A DNA stretch of 64,000 nucleotides from Escherichia coli (GCF_001677475.2 NZ_CP015229.1), one strand, 5' to 3'; positions 10,945 to 22,577 are shown, counted from the stretch's first letter. The notes: generated by a model not told the origin, from the letters alone. Numbers and translations are program-made.

Positions 10945-12354
10945 TCACTCCATCCCCAGCTCTTTTAACTTCCGCGTCAGAGTGTTACGCCCCCAGCCGA
11001 GTAGCCGCGCCGCTTCCTGTTTATGTCCTTGCGTATATCGCAACGCGGTCGTCAGTAACGTCCGCTCCAGCTCAGGCTGCGCTTCGGAAAGCAGATTTTG
11101 ATGACCGGAACGCAGCGCCCTGTCTGCCCACTGCGCTAACAGCGTCGCCCAACTGTCCGGTTGCATTTGCGAAGTACTCTCCGCAACCGTTGATTCAAAC
11201 AGTTCACCGGGCAAATCCTGAATCAACACTTCCTGCCCGGCGGCCATCACCGTTAGCCAGCGGCAGGTGTTTTCCAGCTGGCGCACGTTGCCTGGCCACG
11301 CCAGACGCGTCAGAGCAGCTTCGGTTTCCGGATGCAGCAACTTCGCTTCTACGCCCAGTTCACGCGCGGCAACCTGTAAAAAATGGCGCGCCAGACGGGG
11401 AATATCTTCCCGACGTTCGCGCAGCGGCGGCAGATGAACGCGGATAACGTTCAGGCGGTGGAACAGATCCTCACGGAACTTGCCTTCCTGCACCCGCTGT
11501 TCAAGATTCTGGTGAGTGGCAGCGATAATCCGCACATCTACTTTCACCGGCGCATAGCCGCCAACGCGATAAAACTGACCATCTGCCAGTACGCGCAGCA
11601 AACGCGTCTGCACATCCAGCGGCATATCGCCAATTTCATCGAGGAATAATGTACCGCCATCAGCCTGTTCAAAACGCCCCTGACGAATGGTATTCGCGCC
11701 GGTAAACGCGCCTTTCTCGTGGCCAAACAGTTCTGATTCGATCAAATCTTTTGGGATAGCTGCCATATTCAGCGCGATAAACGGCGCTTTGGCGCGCGGA
11801 CTGTGGCGATGCAGGGCATGAGCGACCAGTTCTTTACCGGTACCGGATTCGCCGTTAATCAGCACGCTAATAGAAGAACGCGAAAGCCGACCGATAATAC
11901 GGAACACGTCCTGCATGGCTGGCGCTTCGCCGATGATATCGGTCGTTGGGCCGTTAAGCTGAACATTACGCGGCTGCTGCTGTTCCTGATAATGGCTGAT
12001 GGCGCGCTCAACCAGCGCCACGGCTTCGTCGATATCAAACGGTTTGGGCAGATAATCAAACGCCCCTTGTTGATAGGCGCTGACGGCAGCATCCAGATCG
12101 GAATGTGCGGTCATGATGATGACCGGAAGCATCGGATGGCGCTGTTTAATCTGCTTGAGCAGTGCCAGTCCGTCCATTCCCGGCATACGGATATCTGAAA
12201 GCAGCACATCCGGCGTTTTGCTCGCCAGCGCCTCCAGTACCTCCGCGCCGTTCTCAAATGTCGTACAGGTTAAACCCGCTCCAGCGAGCGCACGTTCAAG
12301 CACCCAACGGATGGAACTATCGTCATCGACTACCCAGACTATCCCTCGTTGCAT
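10945..12354 (-). CDS. glnG: Nitrogen regulation response regulator NtrC (sigma-54 activator)
   Basis: Track ORF trimmed to [12 protein letters not shown]... (469 aa). Receiver domain, AAA+ domain ([14 protein letters not shown]) and C-terminal HTH. Confidence 0.98.
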   Translation of the reverse strand: MQRGIVWVVDDDSSIRWVLERALAGAGLTCTTFENGAEVLEALASKTPDVLLSDIRMPGMDGLALLKQIKQRHPMLPVIIMTAHSDLDAAVSAYQQGAFDYLPKPFDIDEAVALVERAISHYQEQQQPRNVQLNGPTTDIIGEAPAMQDVFRIIGRLSRSSISVLINGESGTGKELVAHALHRHSPRAKAPFIALNMAAIPKDLIESELFGHEKGAFTGANTIRQGRFEQADGGTLFLDEIGDMPLDVQTRLLRVLADGQFYRVGGYAPVKVDVRIIAATHQNLEQRVQEGKFREDLFHRLNVIRVHLPPLRERREDIPRLARHFLQVAARELGVEAKLLHPETEAALTRLAWPGNVRQLENTCRWLTVMAAGQEVLIQDLPGELFESTVAESTSQMQPDSWATLLAQWADRALRSGHQNLLSEAQPELERTLLTTALRYTQGHKQEAARLLGWGRNTLTRKLKELGME

Positions 12355-12365
12355 AAACGTCACCT

Positions 12366-13415
12366 TTATTTCCTGATAGGCAGGTAAACCGAGAACTCGG
12401 TATGCCCTGGCCAACTGGTAAATTCAATTTTGCCTGAATGCTGATCAATCAAATTACGAGCGATGGATAAGCCAAGCCCGGTGCCACCTTCGCGGCCGCT
12501 GACCATCGGGTAAAACAGCGTATCCTGCAAATGAGGCGGAATGCCCGGCCCGTTATCTTCCACATCAATCCGCGCCGCCAGCCGGTAGCGCTCGCCGTGT
12601 AAGGTCAGTTGAAACGCGGTGCGGGTACGCAGAATGATTTCACCGCCTTCCGGCCCCAGCGCCTGTAGCGCATTGCGCACAATATTCAGGAGCACTTGCT
12701 CAATTTGATCCGGGTCGTGCGCCAGTTCCGGCAGGCTGGGGTCGTAATCACGAATCAACCGCACGTTGTCCGGCAGTTCCATCGACACCAGCGTCACCAC
12801 ACGTTCAGCCACTTTATGAATACTTTCGGTAACGCGCGTACCGGGCAGCTGCGGCCCCAACAGACGGTCGACCAGATTTCGCAGCCGGTCCGCCTGTTCG
12901 ATAATCACTTTGGTATATTCGAGTAGTGACGGGTCAGGTAATGCTTTGCTGAGTAGCTGCGCCGCGCCCCGTAAACCGCCAAGCGGATTTTTAATCTCAT
13001 GTGCCAGGCCGCGCACTAAATCACGGGCAGCAACCTGCTGGGCGTGCTGTAGCTGTTCCTGACTTAAGCGGCGCTGGTTATCCATCGGTGCCATCTCCAG
13101 CAGGATCATGCCGTCCGGCATACGCTGGGCCGTCACAGAAAGGATATGCGAACGCCCGTCGATGACCAGCGTCACTTCGTTATCGGTAAAACCTTGCCCC
13201 GCCTCCAGACTTTCTTGCATCAGCTCGATATTTAATGAGAAGTAGCTCAACAGTTCCGGTAACGGCGTACCAAACAATTTGCGGGAGCTTTGGGCGAGCA
13301 GTTGTTGCGCGGCGGGGTTGGCGTAATGGATCGCCAGGTTGTCATCGATTAACAAAATACTGTTAATCAGCGAGTTGAGGATCTGCCCAGCATCGGGCTG
13401 CGTGCCTGTTGCCAT
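12366..13415 (-). CDS. glnL: Nitrogen regulation sensor histidine kinase NtrB
   Basis: 349 aa. PAS domain, H-box LAHEIKNPL and G-box GTGLGLS. Confidence 0.98.
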
Positions 13416-13436
13416 AAAGCAGTCTCCTGAACAGGT

Positions 13437-13453
13437 TGCACCATTTTAGTGCA
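13437..13453. promoter_or_regulatory. NtrC operator overlapping the glnL promoter
   Basis: TGCACCATTTTAGTGCA dyad next to a TATAAT (minus strand), just upstream of glnL. Confidence 0.6.
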
Positions 13454-13502
13454 TTATAGCTTTTTACGGATAAAAAGCGCGAAGCATCAGAGAATTGACG
13501 GA

Positions 13503-13733
13503 GAAAAAAGCCCATGCAGAGATGGGCTGAAATTTCCACGGCAACTAAAAACCAGTCCCATCAGGCTATTTTATTTGCCATTTTGAACCTGGGCAGTGCT
13601 CGAACTCCTCACGTACCAGTGTACGCTCCGGGTTCTGCGCGCTGTCCGTGTTCAAACTGGCTGCAACAATTACGCCAGATGGGCCTGGTTTGAACCTCCG
13701 GCGTTGTTGCGCCGGGTAGTACAACTTCAACTA
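13503..13733 (-). ncRNA. glnZ: glnA 3'UTR, source of the GlnZ sRNA, ending at the glnA terminator
   Basis: Untranslated stretch after the glnA stop. Terminal hairpin AGCCCATCTCTGCATGGGCT plus a U-run (minus strand). The exact 5' end cannot be read from sequence. Confidence 0.5.
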
Positions 13734-15143
13734 TTAGACGCTGTAGTACAGCTCAAACTCTACCGGATGCGGAGTCATACGCACGCGGTCATCTTCTTCG
13801 CGACGCAGAGCGATGTACGCATCGATCGCTTCATCCGTGAACACGCCACCGGCTTTCAGGAACTCGCGATCCAGATCCAGTTCGTTCAGTGCTTCTTCCA
13901 GAGAGCCTGCAACCTGTGGGATCTCTTTCGCTTCTTCTGGCGGCAGGTCATACAGGTTTTTGTCCATGGCTTCGCCCGGATGGATCTTGTTCTTGATACC
14001 ATCAAGACCGGCCATCAGCAGGGCAGCAAAGCACAGGTACGGGTTAGCCGCCGGGTCCGGGAAACGTACTTCGATACGACGTGCTTTCGGAGAAGAAACC
14101 ACCGGAATACGGATAGACGCAGAACGGTTACGCGCAGAGTAAGCCAGCATTACCGGTGCTTCGTAGCCCGGGACCAGACGCTTGTAAGAGTTGGTGGTCG
14201 GGTTTGCCAGGGCGTTAATCGCTTTAGCGTGTTTGATTACGCCGCCAATGTAGTACAGCGCCTGCTCAGACAGACCTGCGTATTTATCGCCCGCGAACAG
14301 GTTAACGCCGTTTTTAGACAGTGACATGTGGCAGTGCATACCGGAGCCGTTATCACCGAACATCGGTTTTGGCATAAAGGTCGCAGTTTTACCGAAGCGG
14401 TGCGCTACGTTGTGCACAACATATTTGTAGATCTGAATTTCGTCAGCTTTTTTGGTCATGGTATTGAAGCGGGTAGCCACTTCGTTCTGACCAGCAGTCG
14501 CTACTTCGTGGTGATGGGCTTCAACCACCAGACCCATCTGTTCCATCACCAGACACATTTCAGAACGAATATCCTGAGCAGAGTCTACCGGTGGAACCGG
14601 GAAGTAACCGCCTTTCACTGCCGGACGGTGACCTTTGTTACCACCTTCGTATTGGGTGGAGGAGTTCCATGCGCCTTCGATATCGTCGATAGCAACGTGG
14701 GAACCGGAGATAGATGATCCGAAACGGATGTCATCGAACAGGAAGAATTCAGGTTCTGGCCCGAACAGTACGGTGTCGGCAATGCCAGTGGAACGCAGGT
14801 AATCTTCGGCGCGCTTCGCAATAGAGCGCGGGTCACGGTCATAGCCTTGCAGGGTGCCAGGTTCAAGGATGTCGCAACGGATAATCAGGGTAGAGTCGGC
14901 GAAGAACGGGTCAATCACTGCGGTGGATGCGTCTGGCATCAGCACCATGTCGGATTCGTTAATGCCTTTCCAGCCGCCAATCGAGGAGCCGTCAAACATT
15001 TTGCCTTCTTCGAAGAATTCAGCATTCACCTGATGAGCAGGGATAGTGACGTGCTGTTCTTTACCTTTGGTATCGGTGAAGCGCAAATCAACAAACTTCA
15101 CTTCGTGCTCGTTCAGCATCGTCAGTACGTGTTCAGCGGACAT
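13734..15143 (-). CDS. glnA: Glutamine synthetase
   Basis: 469 aa, [22 protein letters not shown]... Contains the adenylylation-site region NLYDLPPEE. Confidence 0.99.
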
Positions 15144-15226
15144 ACTTTAACTCTCCTGGATTGGTCATTGTCGTCGTGGTAACGAAATCTGCAATTATTT
15201 TGGCCGTGTCGCCGTAAAAAAGATAA

Positions 15227-15244
15227 AGCGAAAACTGTGCCAAC
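15227..15244 (-). promoter_or_regulatory. glnAp2 sigma-54 promoter
   Basis: Minus strand reads TTGGCACAGTTTTCGCT, with GG and GC elements 12 nt apart (the -24/-12 spacing). Confidence 0.8.
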
Positions 15245-15296
15245 TTTTAAATTGCCCCTAAAAGGCGTTATCATGCTTAACATCGTGCAAAAGGGC

Positions 15297-15364
15297 TGCA
15301 CCATGATGTGAATGTTGCACCAATATAGTGCTTCAATGGAAACATTAAGCACCATATTGGTGCA
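15297..15364. promoter_or_regulatory. NtrC enhancer sites upstream of glnA
   Basis: Repeated TGCACCA...TGGTGCA-type dyads: TGCACCATGATG, TGCACCAATATAGTGC and GCACCATATTGGTGCA. Confidence 0.75.
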
Positions 15365-15515
15365 ATGACCTTTGGATAACCCTTTTTATGCTCCGTGAAA
15401 GCGATCACAAAGGGACTCTGCAATACTTGTTTGCGGAGGATGTTTGTGATCCTGTTTTGTAGTGCGATTAATCCGTGTACAATAACGCGCTATTTCTAAT
15501 GCCTGAGGCAAAGTT

Positions 15516-17339
15516 GTGATCGAAAAATTGCGTAATATCGCCATCATCGCGCACGTAGACCATGGTAAAACCACCCTGGTAGACAAGCTGCTCCAACAAT
15601 CCGGTACGTTCGACTCTCGTGCCGAAACCCAAGAGCGCGTGATGGACTCCAACGATTTGGAGAAAGAGCGTGGGATTACCATCCTCGCGAAAAACACCGC
15701 TATCAAATGGAATGATTACCGTATCAACATCGTTGATACCCCGGGGCACGCCGACTTCGGTGGTGAAGTTGAACGTGTAATGTCCATGGTAGACTCAGTG
15801 CTGCTGGTGGTTGACGCATTTGACGGCCCGATGCCGCAAACGCGCTTCGTAACCAAAAAAGCGTTTGCTTACGGCCTGAAGCCGATTGTTGTTATCAACA
15901 AAGTTGACCGCCCTGGCGCGCGTCCTGACTGGGTTGTGGATCAGGTATTCGATCTGTTCGTTAACCTCGACGCGACCGACGAGCAGCTGGACTTCCCGAT
16001 CGTTTACGCTTCTGCGCTGAACGGTATCGCGGGTCTGGACCACGAAGATATGGCGGAAGACATGACTCCGCTGTATCAGGCGATTGTTGACCACGTTCCT
16101 GCGCCGGACGTTGACCTTGACGGTCCGTTCCAGATGCAGATTTCTCAGCTCGATTACAACAGCTATGTTGGCGTTATCGGCATTGGCCGCATCAAGCGCG
16201 GTAAAGTGAAGCCGAACCAGCAGGTTACTATCATCGATAGCGAAGGCAAAACCCGCAACGCGAAAGTCGGTAAAGTGCTGGGCCACCTCGGTCTGGAACG
16301 TATCGAAACTGATCTGGCGGAAGCTGGCGATATCGTTGCGATCACGGGCCTTGGCGAACTGAACATTTCTGACACCGTTTGCGACACGCAAAACGTTGAA
16401 GCGCTGCCGGCACTCTCCGTTGATGAGCCGACCGTTTCTATGTTCTTCTGCGTTAACACCTCACCGTTCTGCGGTAAAGAAGGTAAGTTCGTAACGTCTC
16501 GTCAGATCCTGGATCGTCTGAACAAAGAACTGGTACACAACGTTGCGCTGCGCGTAGAAGAAACCGAAGACGCCGATGCGTTCCGCGTTTCTGGTCGTGG
16601 CGAACTGCACCTGTCTGTTCTGATCGAAAACATGCGTCGTGAAGGTTTCGAACTGGCGGTATCCCGTCCGAAAGTTATCTTCCGTGAAATCGACGGTCGT
16701 AAACAAGAGCCGTATGAAAACGTGACTCTGGACGTTGAAGAACAGCATCAGGGTTCTGTAATGCAGGCGCTGGGCGAACGTAAAGGCGACCTGAAAAACA
16801 TGAATCCAGACGGTAAAGGCCGCGTACGTCTCGACTACGTGATCCCAAGCCGTGGTCTGATTGGCTTCCGTTCTGAGTTCATGACCATGACTTCCGGTAC
16901 TGGTCTGCTGTACTCCACCTTCAGCCACTACGACGACGTACGTCCGGGTGAAGTGGGTCAGCGTCAGAACGGCGTACTGATCTCTAACGGTCAGGGTAAA
17001 GCGGTCGCGTTCGCGCTGTTCGGTCTGCAGGATCGCGGTAAGCTGTTCCTCGGTCACGGTGCAGAAGTTTACGAAGGTCAGATTATCGGTATTCATAGCC
17101 GCTCTAACGACCTGACTGTAAACTGCCTGACCGGTAAGAAACTGACCAACATGCGTGCTTCCGGTACTGACGAAGCCGTTGTTCTGGTTCCGCCTATCCG
17201 CATGACTCTGGAACAAGCTCTGGAGTTCATCGATGATGACGAACTGGTAGAAGTGACTCCGACCTCTATCCGTATTCGTAAACGTCACCTGACGGAAAAT
17301 GATCGTCGTCGCGCTAACCGCGCACCGAAAGACGATTAA
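15516..17339 (+). CDS. typA: Ribosome-associated translational GTPase TypA/BipA
   Basis: 607 aa, GTG start. [10 protein letters not shown]1 motif. EF-G-like domain order. Confidence 0.98.
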   Translation: MIEKLRNIAIIAHVDHGKTTLVDKLLQQSGTFDSRAETQERVMDSNDLEKERGITILAKNTAIKWNDYRINIVDTPGHADFGGEVERVMSMVDSVLLVVDAFDGPMPQTRFVTKKAFAYGLKPIVVINKVDRPGARPDWVVDQVFDLFVNLDATDEQLDFPIVYASALNGIAGLDHEDMAEDMTPLYQAIVDHVPAPDVDLDGPFQMQISQLDYNSYVGVIGIGRIKRGKVKPNQQVTIIDSEGKTRNAKVGKVLGHLGLERIETDLAEAGDIVAITGLGELNISDTVCDTQNVEALPALSVDEPTVSMFFCVNTSPFCGKEGKFVTSRQILDRLNKELVHNVALRVEETEDADAFRVSGRGELHLSVLIENMRREGFELAVSRPKVIFREIDGRKQEPYENVTLDVEEQHQGSVMQALGERKGDLKNMNPDGKGRVRLDYVIPSRGLIGFRSEFMTMTSGTGLLYSTFSHYDDVRPGEVGQRQNGVLISNGQGKAVAFALFGLQDRGKLFLGHGAEVYEGQIIGIHSRSNDLTVNCLTGKKLTNMRASGTDEAVVLVPPIRMTLEQALEFIDDDELVEVTPTSIRIRKRHLTENDRRRANRAPKDD

Positions 17340-17356
17340 TTTCGTTTTTTAGCCAT

Positions 17357-17389
17357 AAAAAACCTGCCAGCGATGGCAGGTTTTTTTTT
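17357..17389 (+). terminator. Rho-independent terminator after typA
   Basis: AAAAAACCTGCCAGCGATGGCAGGTTTTTTTTT. Confidence 0.85.
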
Positions 17390-17555
17390 ACCTGTCGTGA
17401 GCGCACACCAATGCGAGTATCTCCCTTATAAGTCTGTGATTACGTCAATAGAGAGCTTTGTCACAATTATCTGCAAAGTCATACGCCGTTAATTGCTTTC
17501 TTTTTTGGCGTAAGCGTAAGATGCTTCATCTGGTTTAAACCAAAAGGATTAAACA

Positions 17556-18266
17556 ATGGCGGAGAATCAATCCACCGTAGAAAATGCAAAAGAGAAACTG
17601 GATCGGTGGTTGAAAGATGGCATCACCACGCCGGGTGGAAAACTCCCTTCAGAAAGAGAGCTGGGAGAACTGCTGGGCATTAAACGTATGACGCTGCGCC
17701 AGGCGTTGTTGAACCTCGAGGCAGAATCCAAAATCTTCCGTAAAGATCGTAAGGGGTGGTTCGTGACCCAGCCGCGATTTAATTACAGTCCGGAGCTGTC
17801 GGCGAGCTTTCAGCGGGCCGCAATTGAGCAAGGGCGAGAGCCTTCCTGGGGGTTTACCGAGAAAAACCGTACCAGCGATATTCCCGAGACGCTCGCGCCA
17901 CTGATTGCAGTGACGCCATCAACTGAACTCTATCGCATCACCGGCTGGGGGGCGCTGGAAGGACATAAAGTTTTCTATCACGAAACATATATTAATCCTG
18001 AAGTTGCTCCGGGTTTTATTGAACAACTTGAAAACCACTCATTTTCTGCAGTCTGGGAAAAGTGCTACCAAAAAGAGACGGTAGTAAAAAAATTGATTTT
18101 CAAACCCGTCAGAATGCCGGGCGATATCAGCAAGTATCTTGGCGGTTCTGCGGGTATGCCTGCGATCTTAATTGAAAAGCATCGCGCCGACCAGCAAGGC
18201 AATATTGTCCAGATAGATATTGAATATTGGCGATTTGAGGCCGTAGACCTCATCATTAATCTGTAG
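17556..18266 (+). CDS. yihL: GntR/HutC-family transcriptional regulator YihL
   Basis: 236 aa. Winged-helix segment LPSERELGELLGIKRMTLRQAL plus a UTRA-like C-terminal domain. Confidence 0.9.
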   Translation: MAENQSTVENAKEKLDRWLKDGITTPGGKLPSERELGELLGIKRMTLRQALLNLEAESKIFRKDRKGWFVTQPRFNYSPELSASFQRAAIEQGREPSWGFTEKNRTSDIPETLAPLIAVTPSTELYRITGWGALEGHKVFYHETYINPEVAPGFIEQLENHSFSAVWEKCYQKETVVKKLIFKPVRMPGDISKYLGGSAGMPAILIEKHRADQQGNIVQIDIEYWRFEAVDLIINL

Positions 18267-18273
18267 GTGTTTT

Positions 18274-19254
18274 ATGGTGACAATAAATAACGCAAGAAAG
18301 ATTCTACAACGTGTCGACACTCTTCCTCTTTATTTACATGCTTATGCCTTTCATTTAAATATGCGGCTGGAAAGAGTGTTGCCTGCTGATTTACTTGATA
18401 TCGCAAGTGAAAATAATCTACGTGGCGTCAAAATCCATGTTCTGGATGGCGAGCGTTTTTCTCTTGGTAATATGGACGATAAAGAACTCTCTGCCTTTGG
18501 GGATAAAGCCCGCCGTCTGAACCTTGATATTCATATTGAAACCAGTGCCTCAGATAAAAAATCTATTGACGAAGCCGTCGCCATCGCGTTGAAAACTGGG
18601 GCATCCTCCGTACGTTTTTATCCGCGTTATGAAGGTAATTTGCGCGACGTATTATCGATTATCGCTAACGACATTGCCTATGTACGGGAAACGTATCAGG
18701 ACAGCGGCCTGACTTTTACGATCGAGCAGCATGAAGATTTAAAAAGTCATGAGCTGGTGTCGCTGGTCAAAGAAAGTGAGATGGAGTCTCTTTCCTTACT
18801 GTTTGATTTTGCGAACATGATCAATGCAAATGAGCATCCCATCGACGCTTTAAAAACGATGGCACCGCATATTACCCAGGTCCATATCAAAGATGCCTTG
18901 ATCGTTAAAGAACAGGGTGGCCTGGGTCATAAAGCCTGTATTTCAGGTCAGGGGGATATGCCCTTCAAAGCGTTATTAACGCACCTTATCTGCCTGGGTG
19001 ATGATGAGCCGCAGGTGACGGCATATGGCCTGGAAGAAGAGGTTGATTATTATGCGCCGGCGTTCCGCTTTGAAGACGAAGATGATAATCCGTGGATCCC
19101 TTATCGCCAGATGAGTGAAACACCCCTACCAGAAAATCATTTACTGGATGCGCGGTTACGTAAAGAAAAAGAAGATGCAATTAATCAGATAAATCATGTG
19201 CGTAACGTACTACAACAAATCAAACAAGAGGCAAACTATCTTCTGAACCACTAA
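18274..19254 (+). CDS. yihM: Xylose-isomerase-like TIM-barrel protein YihM (putative sugar-phosphate isomerase/epimerase)
   Basis: 326 aa. K-12 synteny between yihL and yihN. Confidence 0.85.
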   Translation: MVTINNARKILQRVDTLPLYLHAYAFHLNMRLERVLPADLLDIASENNLRGVKIHVLDGERFSLGNMDDKELSAFGDKARRLNLDIHIETSASDKKSIDEAVAIALKTGASSVRFYPRYEGNLRDVLSIIANDIAYVRETYQDSGLTFTIEQHEDLKSHELVSLVKESEMESLSLLFDFANMINANEHPIDALKTMAPHITQVHIKDALIVKEQGGLGHKACISGQGDMPFKALLTHLICLGDDEPQVTAYGLEEEVDYYAPAFRFEDEDDNPWIPYRQMSETPLPENHLLDARLRKEKEDAINQINHVRNVLQQIKQEANYLLNH

Positions 19255-19355
19255 TAAGTTTTAACTCATACGCAGTTAATAAAACCATTCCATATGAATG
19301 GTCGGTATCTTATTGCCTTTAAAACAGTGATTTTAAAAATCGCTTAGGGGATGTT

Positions 19356-20621
19356 ATGCTCACGAAAAAGAAATGGGCGTTATTTAGTCTATTAACACTG
19401 TGTGGCGGTACAATTTATAAATTACCGTCGCTGAAAGATGCGTTTTATATCCCGATGCAGGAATATTTCCATTTGACCAATGGTCAAATTGGTAATGCTA
19501 TGTCGGTAAACTCATTTGTCACCACAGTGGGCTTTTTTCTGTCTATTTATTTTGCCGATAAACTACCGCGCAGATACACCATGTCACTCTCACTCATTGC
19601 GACAGGATTACTGGGTGTTTATTTGACGACAATGCCGGGGTATTGGGGCATCCTCTTTGTCTGGGCGCTATTTGGCGTTACTTGCGACATGATGAACTGG
19701 CCGGTCTTGCTCAAGTCGGTAAGTCGATTGGGCAATAGCGAACAACAAGGTCGGTTGTTTGGCTTCTTCGAAACAGGGCGTGGCATTGTCGATACCGTGG
19801 TGGCATTTTCTGCGTTGGCAGTATTTACCTGGTTTGGCAGTGGCTTATTGGGTTTTAAAGCAGGCATCTGGTTCTATTCCCTTATTGTGATTGCCGTAGG
19901 CATTATTATTTTCTTTGTCCTGAATGACAAAGAAGAGGCACCGTCCGTTGAGGTGAAAAAAGAAGACGGAGCATCGCAAAACACCAGTATGACCTCGGTG
20001 CTGAGAGACAAAACCATCTGGCTTATCGCTTTCAACGTCTTCTTCGTTTACGCGGTTTACTGTGGCCTGACATTCTTCATTCCATTCCTGAAAAACATCT
20101 ATCTATTGCCCGTTGCGTTGGTGGGGGCTTACGGCATCATTAACCAATATTGTCTGAAAATGATTGGAGGACCGATTGGTGGCATGATTTCAGATAAGAT
20201 CCTGAAATCGCCGAGTAAATATCTATGCTACACCTTTATCATCAGTACCGCTGCGCTCGTACTGTTGATTATGCTGCCGCACGAAAGTATGCCGGTCTAT
20301 TTAGGGATGGCATGTACATTAGGCTTTGGCGCGATAGTCTTTACACAGCGAGCCGTATTTTTTGCACCTATCGGCGAAGCAAAAATTGCTGAAAATAAAA
20401 CAGGCGCGGCGATGGCGTTGGGTAGCTTTATTGGTTACGCCCCGGCGATGTTCTGCTTCAGTCTGTATGGCTACATTCTGGATTTAAATCCGGGGATTAT
20501 TGGCTACAAAATCGTGTTTGGCATTATGGCCTGCTTCGCATTCTGTGGTGCGGTGGTTTCCGTAATGCTGGTTAAGCGTATTAGCCAACGTAAGAAAGAG
20601 ATGCTGGCGGCTGAAGCTTAA
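19356..20621 (+). CDS. yihN: MFS transporter YihN
   Basis: 421 aa, about 12 hydrophobic helices. K-12 synteny. Confidence 0.9.
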   Translation: MLTKKKWALFSLLTLCGGTIYKLPSLKDAFYIPMQEYFHLTNGQIGNAMSVNSFVTTVGFFLSIYFADKLPRRYTMSLSLIATGLLGVYLTTMPGYWGILFVWALFGVTCDMMNWPVLLKSVSRLGNSEQQGRLFGFFETGRGIVDTVVAFSALAVFTWFGSGLLGFKAGIWFYSLIVIAVGIIIFFVLNDKEEAPSVEVKKEDGASQNTSMTSVLRDKTIWLIAFNVFFVYAVYCGLTFFIPFLKNIYLLPVALVGAYGIINQYCLKMIGGPIGGMISDKILKSPSKYLCYTFIISTAALVLLIMLPHESMPVYLGMACTLGFGAIVFTQRAVFFAPIGEAKIAENKTGAAMALGSFIGYAPAMFCFSLYGYILDLNPGIIGYKIVFGIMACFAFCGAVVSVMLVKRISQRKKEMLAAEA

Positions 20622-20680
20622 TTAATGGCCGGATGTGCTTAATCCGGCCAACGAAAACCGTATCAACCGAAGTTTCAATT

Positions 20681-21469
20681 TCAGGATACTTCTTGCTCAG
20701 CAACCACCAGTTCAACATTCTCTTCACTTAACAACTGGCAGAAAGAATTGGGAGGCGGGGCATCAGTAAAAAAAGCCCTGACATTCCGTGCATTGCCAAT
20801 TGAAACGGCAGCAGACGCGGCAAACTTCGTATGATCGGCCACTAACAATGTATTCCGCGCATGTTTAATCATCGTTCTTGCGACTAACGCTTCATTGACA
20901 TCAAATTCCAGTAGGGTGCCGTCATGTTCAATGGCACCTATACTGGTGATTAAATAATCTGCGCGGAAGCCTTCAATAAAATCCACGGCTCCTGGGCCGA
21001 TAATCCCGCCGTTATGAGCGCGTAAAGTGCCTCCCGGCACCATCACTTCAATATCCTGATTCTTATAAAGAATCTGTGCCACACGTAGGCTGTTAGTGAT
21101 AATGCGTAAATCACGACGGTTGAGTAATGCCCTGGCAACGGCTTCTACGGTTGTACCGATGGTGATAAAGACGGTACAGCGTTCGGGAAGGTAATCGGCG
21201 ACTGCCTCAGCGATCGCCCGTTTCTCGGCGGTGAGCGAAAGTTCCCGTTGCTCAAAAGCGGTATTCATGACGCTGGAGACGCGCCCGGCCCCTCCATGAT
21301 GACGGGTGATCAACCCCTGCTCACTGAGTTTTCGGATATCCCGGCGCACGGTTTGCGTTGAAACATCCAGCAGTTGTGCCAGTTCTTCAATATTCATATA
21401 ACCGCGTTCTGCGATTAGATGAACGAGTTGGTCATGGCGTGGATTACCTGTCACTTCGATGATACTCAT
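20681..21469 (-). CDS. DeoR-family repressor, YihW/CsqR-like (diverged homologue)
   Basis: 262 aa. HTH segment VSTQTVRRDIRKLSEQGLITRHHGG and a DeoR C-terminal sugar-phosphate sensor domain. Collinear with K-12 CsqR as I recall it, but with substitutions throughout. Confidence 0.85.
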   Translation of the reverse strand: MSIIEVTGNPRHDQLVHLIAERGYMNIEELAQLLDVSTQTVRRDIRKLSEQGLITRHHGGAGRVSSVMNTAFEQRELSLTAEKRAIAEAVADYLPERCTVFITIGTTVEAVARALLNRRDLRIITNSLRVAQILYKNQDIEVMVPGGTLRAHNGGIIGPGAVDFIEGFRADYLITSIGAIEHDGTLLEFDVNEALVARTMIKHARNTLLVADHTKFAASAAVSIGNARNVRAFFTDAPPPNSFCQLLSEENVELVVAEQEVS

Positions 21470-21508
21470 GAATACTCCCTTGCCCCTCCTCGGTATATGT
21501 TTACCATT

Positions 21509-22405
21509 TTACGCATAAAGTGACAAAAATGATTCGGTTTGCTCACGATTAGGAATGCCGGCCCGACCGCCAGGCTGGGTACATTTCATCGCGGCAACCG
21601 CACTGGCAAAACGAATAGCCTCTTTTGTTGGCATTTTTTCTGCCAACGCTACCGCGAGTGCGCCGTGAAAAACATCGCCTGCTCCAGTGGTATCAACCAC
21701 ATTGACAGAAAATGCCTCCTGTTGACACAAATGATCATCTTCAATCCACAACGATCCTTCAGAACCCAGCGTAACATACACTTTACCTGCTGTTTGTGTC
21801 GTTGCCTGGAACAAACCTTCTTCAGGTGACTGCAGGCCAGTCATGCGTTTCAGCCCCGGTGTTGAGAACACGGCGTGATCGGCAAGCGCGACAAGTGGAG
21901 AAATATCCTGCGGTGTCATATCGGCGTCTAAAAGCGTTGTCACCCCCGCAAGGCGCGCTAGCGAGAATGCTTTTTCAGTACCGCTATGCCAGCGAACATC
22001 GGCCAGAATCAGATCATAACGAGAGAAATCGATCGCTTCTAACCATTCGGCATCAGTACCGAGATCGGGACTTGGATAATTAACGATAATCCGTTCGCCA
22101 TGCTGATCAACGAGGATCGCTGATTGCGACGAACGGGCGTTAGGATATCGGCGGCAAAATGCGGTATTGACGCCCCAACCCTCAAGTTCTGCAAGTAAGG
22201 TATTTCCACAACTGTCATCGCCGACGCGACCGATGAAATCAACCTCCACGCCAAGCTTTGCGATTGCAACAGCGGCTGTTGCTGCCGGGCCGCCACCAAT
22301 CTCAAGATAATGATTTGCCTGATATTTCCCGCCGCCATCCGGCAGAGTGAGCAAAGAATAAATCCTGTCCTGAACTGTGATACCCACGCATGCAATTTTT
22401 GTCAT
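21509..22405 (-). CDS. PfkB-family kinase, YihV-like (6-deoxy-6-sulfofructose kinase homologue)
   Basis: Track ORF trimmed to ATG 22405 ([11 protein letters not shown]..., AGGA upstream), giving 298 aa. Motifs [11 protein letters not shown] and [14 protein letters not shown]. Confidence 0.85.
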   Translation of the reverse strand: MTKIACVGITVQDRIYSLLTLPDGGGKYQANHYLEIGGGPAATAAVAIAKLGVEVDFIGRVGDDSCGNTLLAELEGWGVNTAFCRRYPNARSSQSAILVDQHGERIIVNYPSPDLGTDAEWLEAIDFSRYDLILADVRWHSGTEKAFSLARLAGVTTLLDADMTPQDISPLVALADHAVFSTPGLKRMTGLQSPEEGLFQATTQTAGKVYVTLGSEGSLWIEDDHLCQQEAFSVNVVDTTGAGDVFHGALAVALAEKMPTKEAIRFASAVAAMKCTQPGGRAGIPNREQTESFLSLYA

Positions 22406-22577
22406 ATTTGTCTTGTCCTGTTTAATTTTGTCGTCTTTGGTCAATTTAAATGACACAAATGATCAAATTAGTGATGTGTGTCGTGTTTTTGAACATAAAT
22501 TACAAATATGCTCAAAAACAGACGAAAACGAATTTTCAATTGTCATTATTTTGTCAATGTCAGACAGGAGAGTATTC
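22406..22577. promoter_or_regulatory. AT-rich divergent control region between the kinase/regulator and reductase/aldolase operons
   Basis: Inverted repeat TGTTTTTGA (22484-22492) / TCAAAAACA (22512-22520). Three TGTCA direct repeats at 22541-22562. No protein-like coding. Confidence 0.5.

Noticed and set aside
13596-14324. 242-aa plus-strand ORF inside glnA. Similar long ORFs lie antisense to known genes: 16461-17288 in typA, 36317-36916 in fdhE, 38856-39911 and 40167-40931 in fdoG, 41340-42041 over the fdoG 5' end, 47598-48617 in rhaA, and 60761-61489 in pfkA.
   Set aside because: Each lies entirely opposite a highly conserved, confidently identified gene. Their translations are low-complexity and Arg/His/Gln-rich with no motifs. 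Such shadow frames are expected opposite codon-biased genes.
22377-22577. 67-codon N-terminal extension of the YihU-like ORF in the track (start at 22377).
   Set aside because: The extension runs through the AT-rich divergent promoter region and would overlap the kinase gene start. A good RBS (GGAGAG) and the Rossmann motif begin at ATG 22578.
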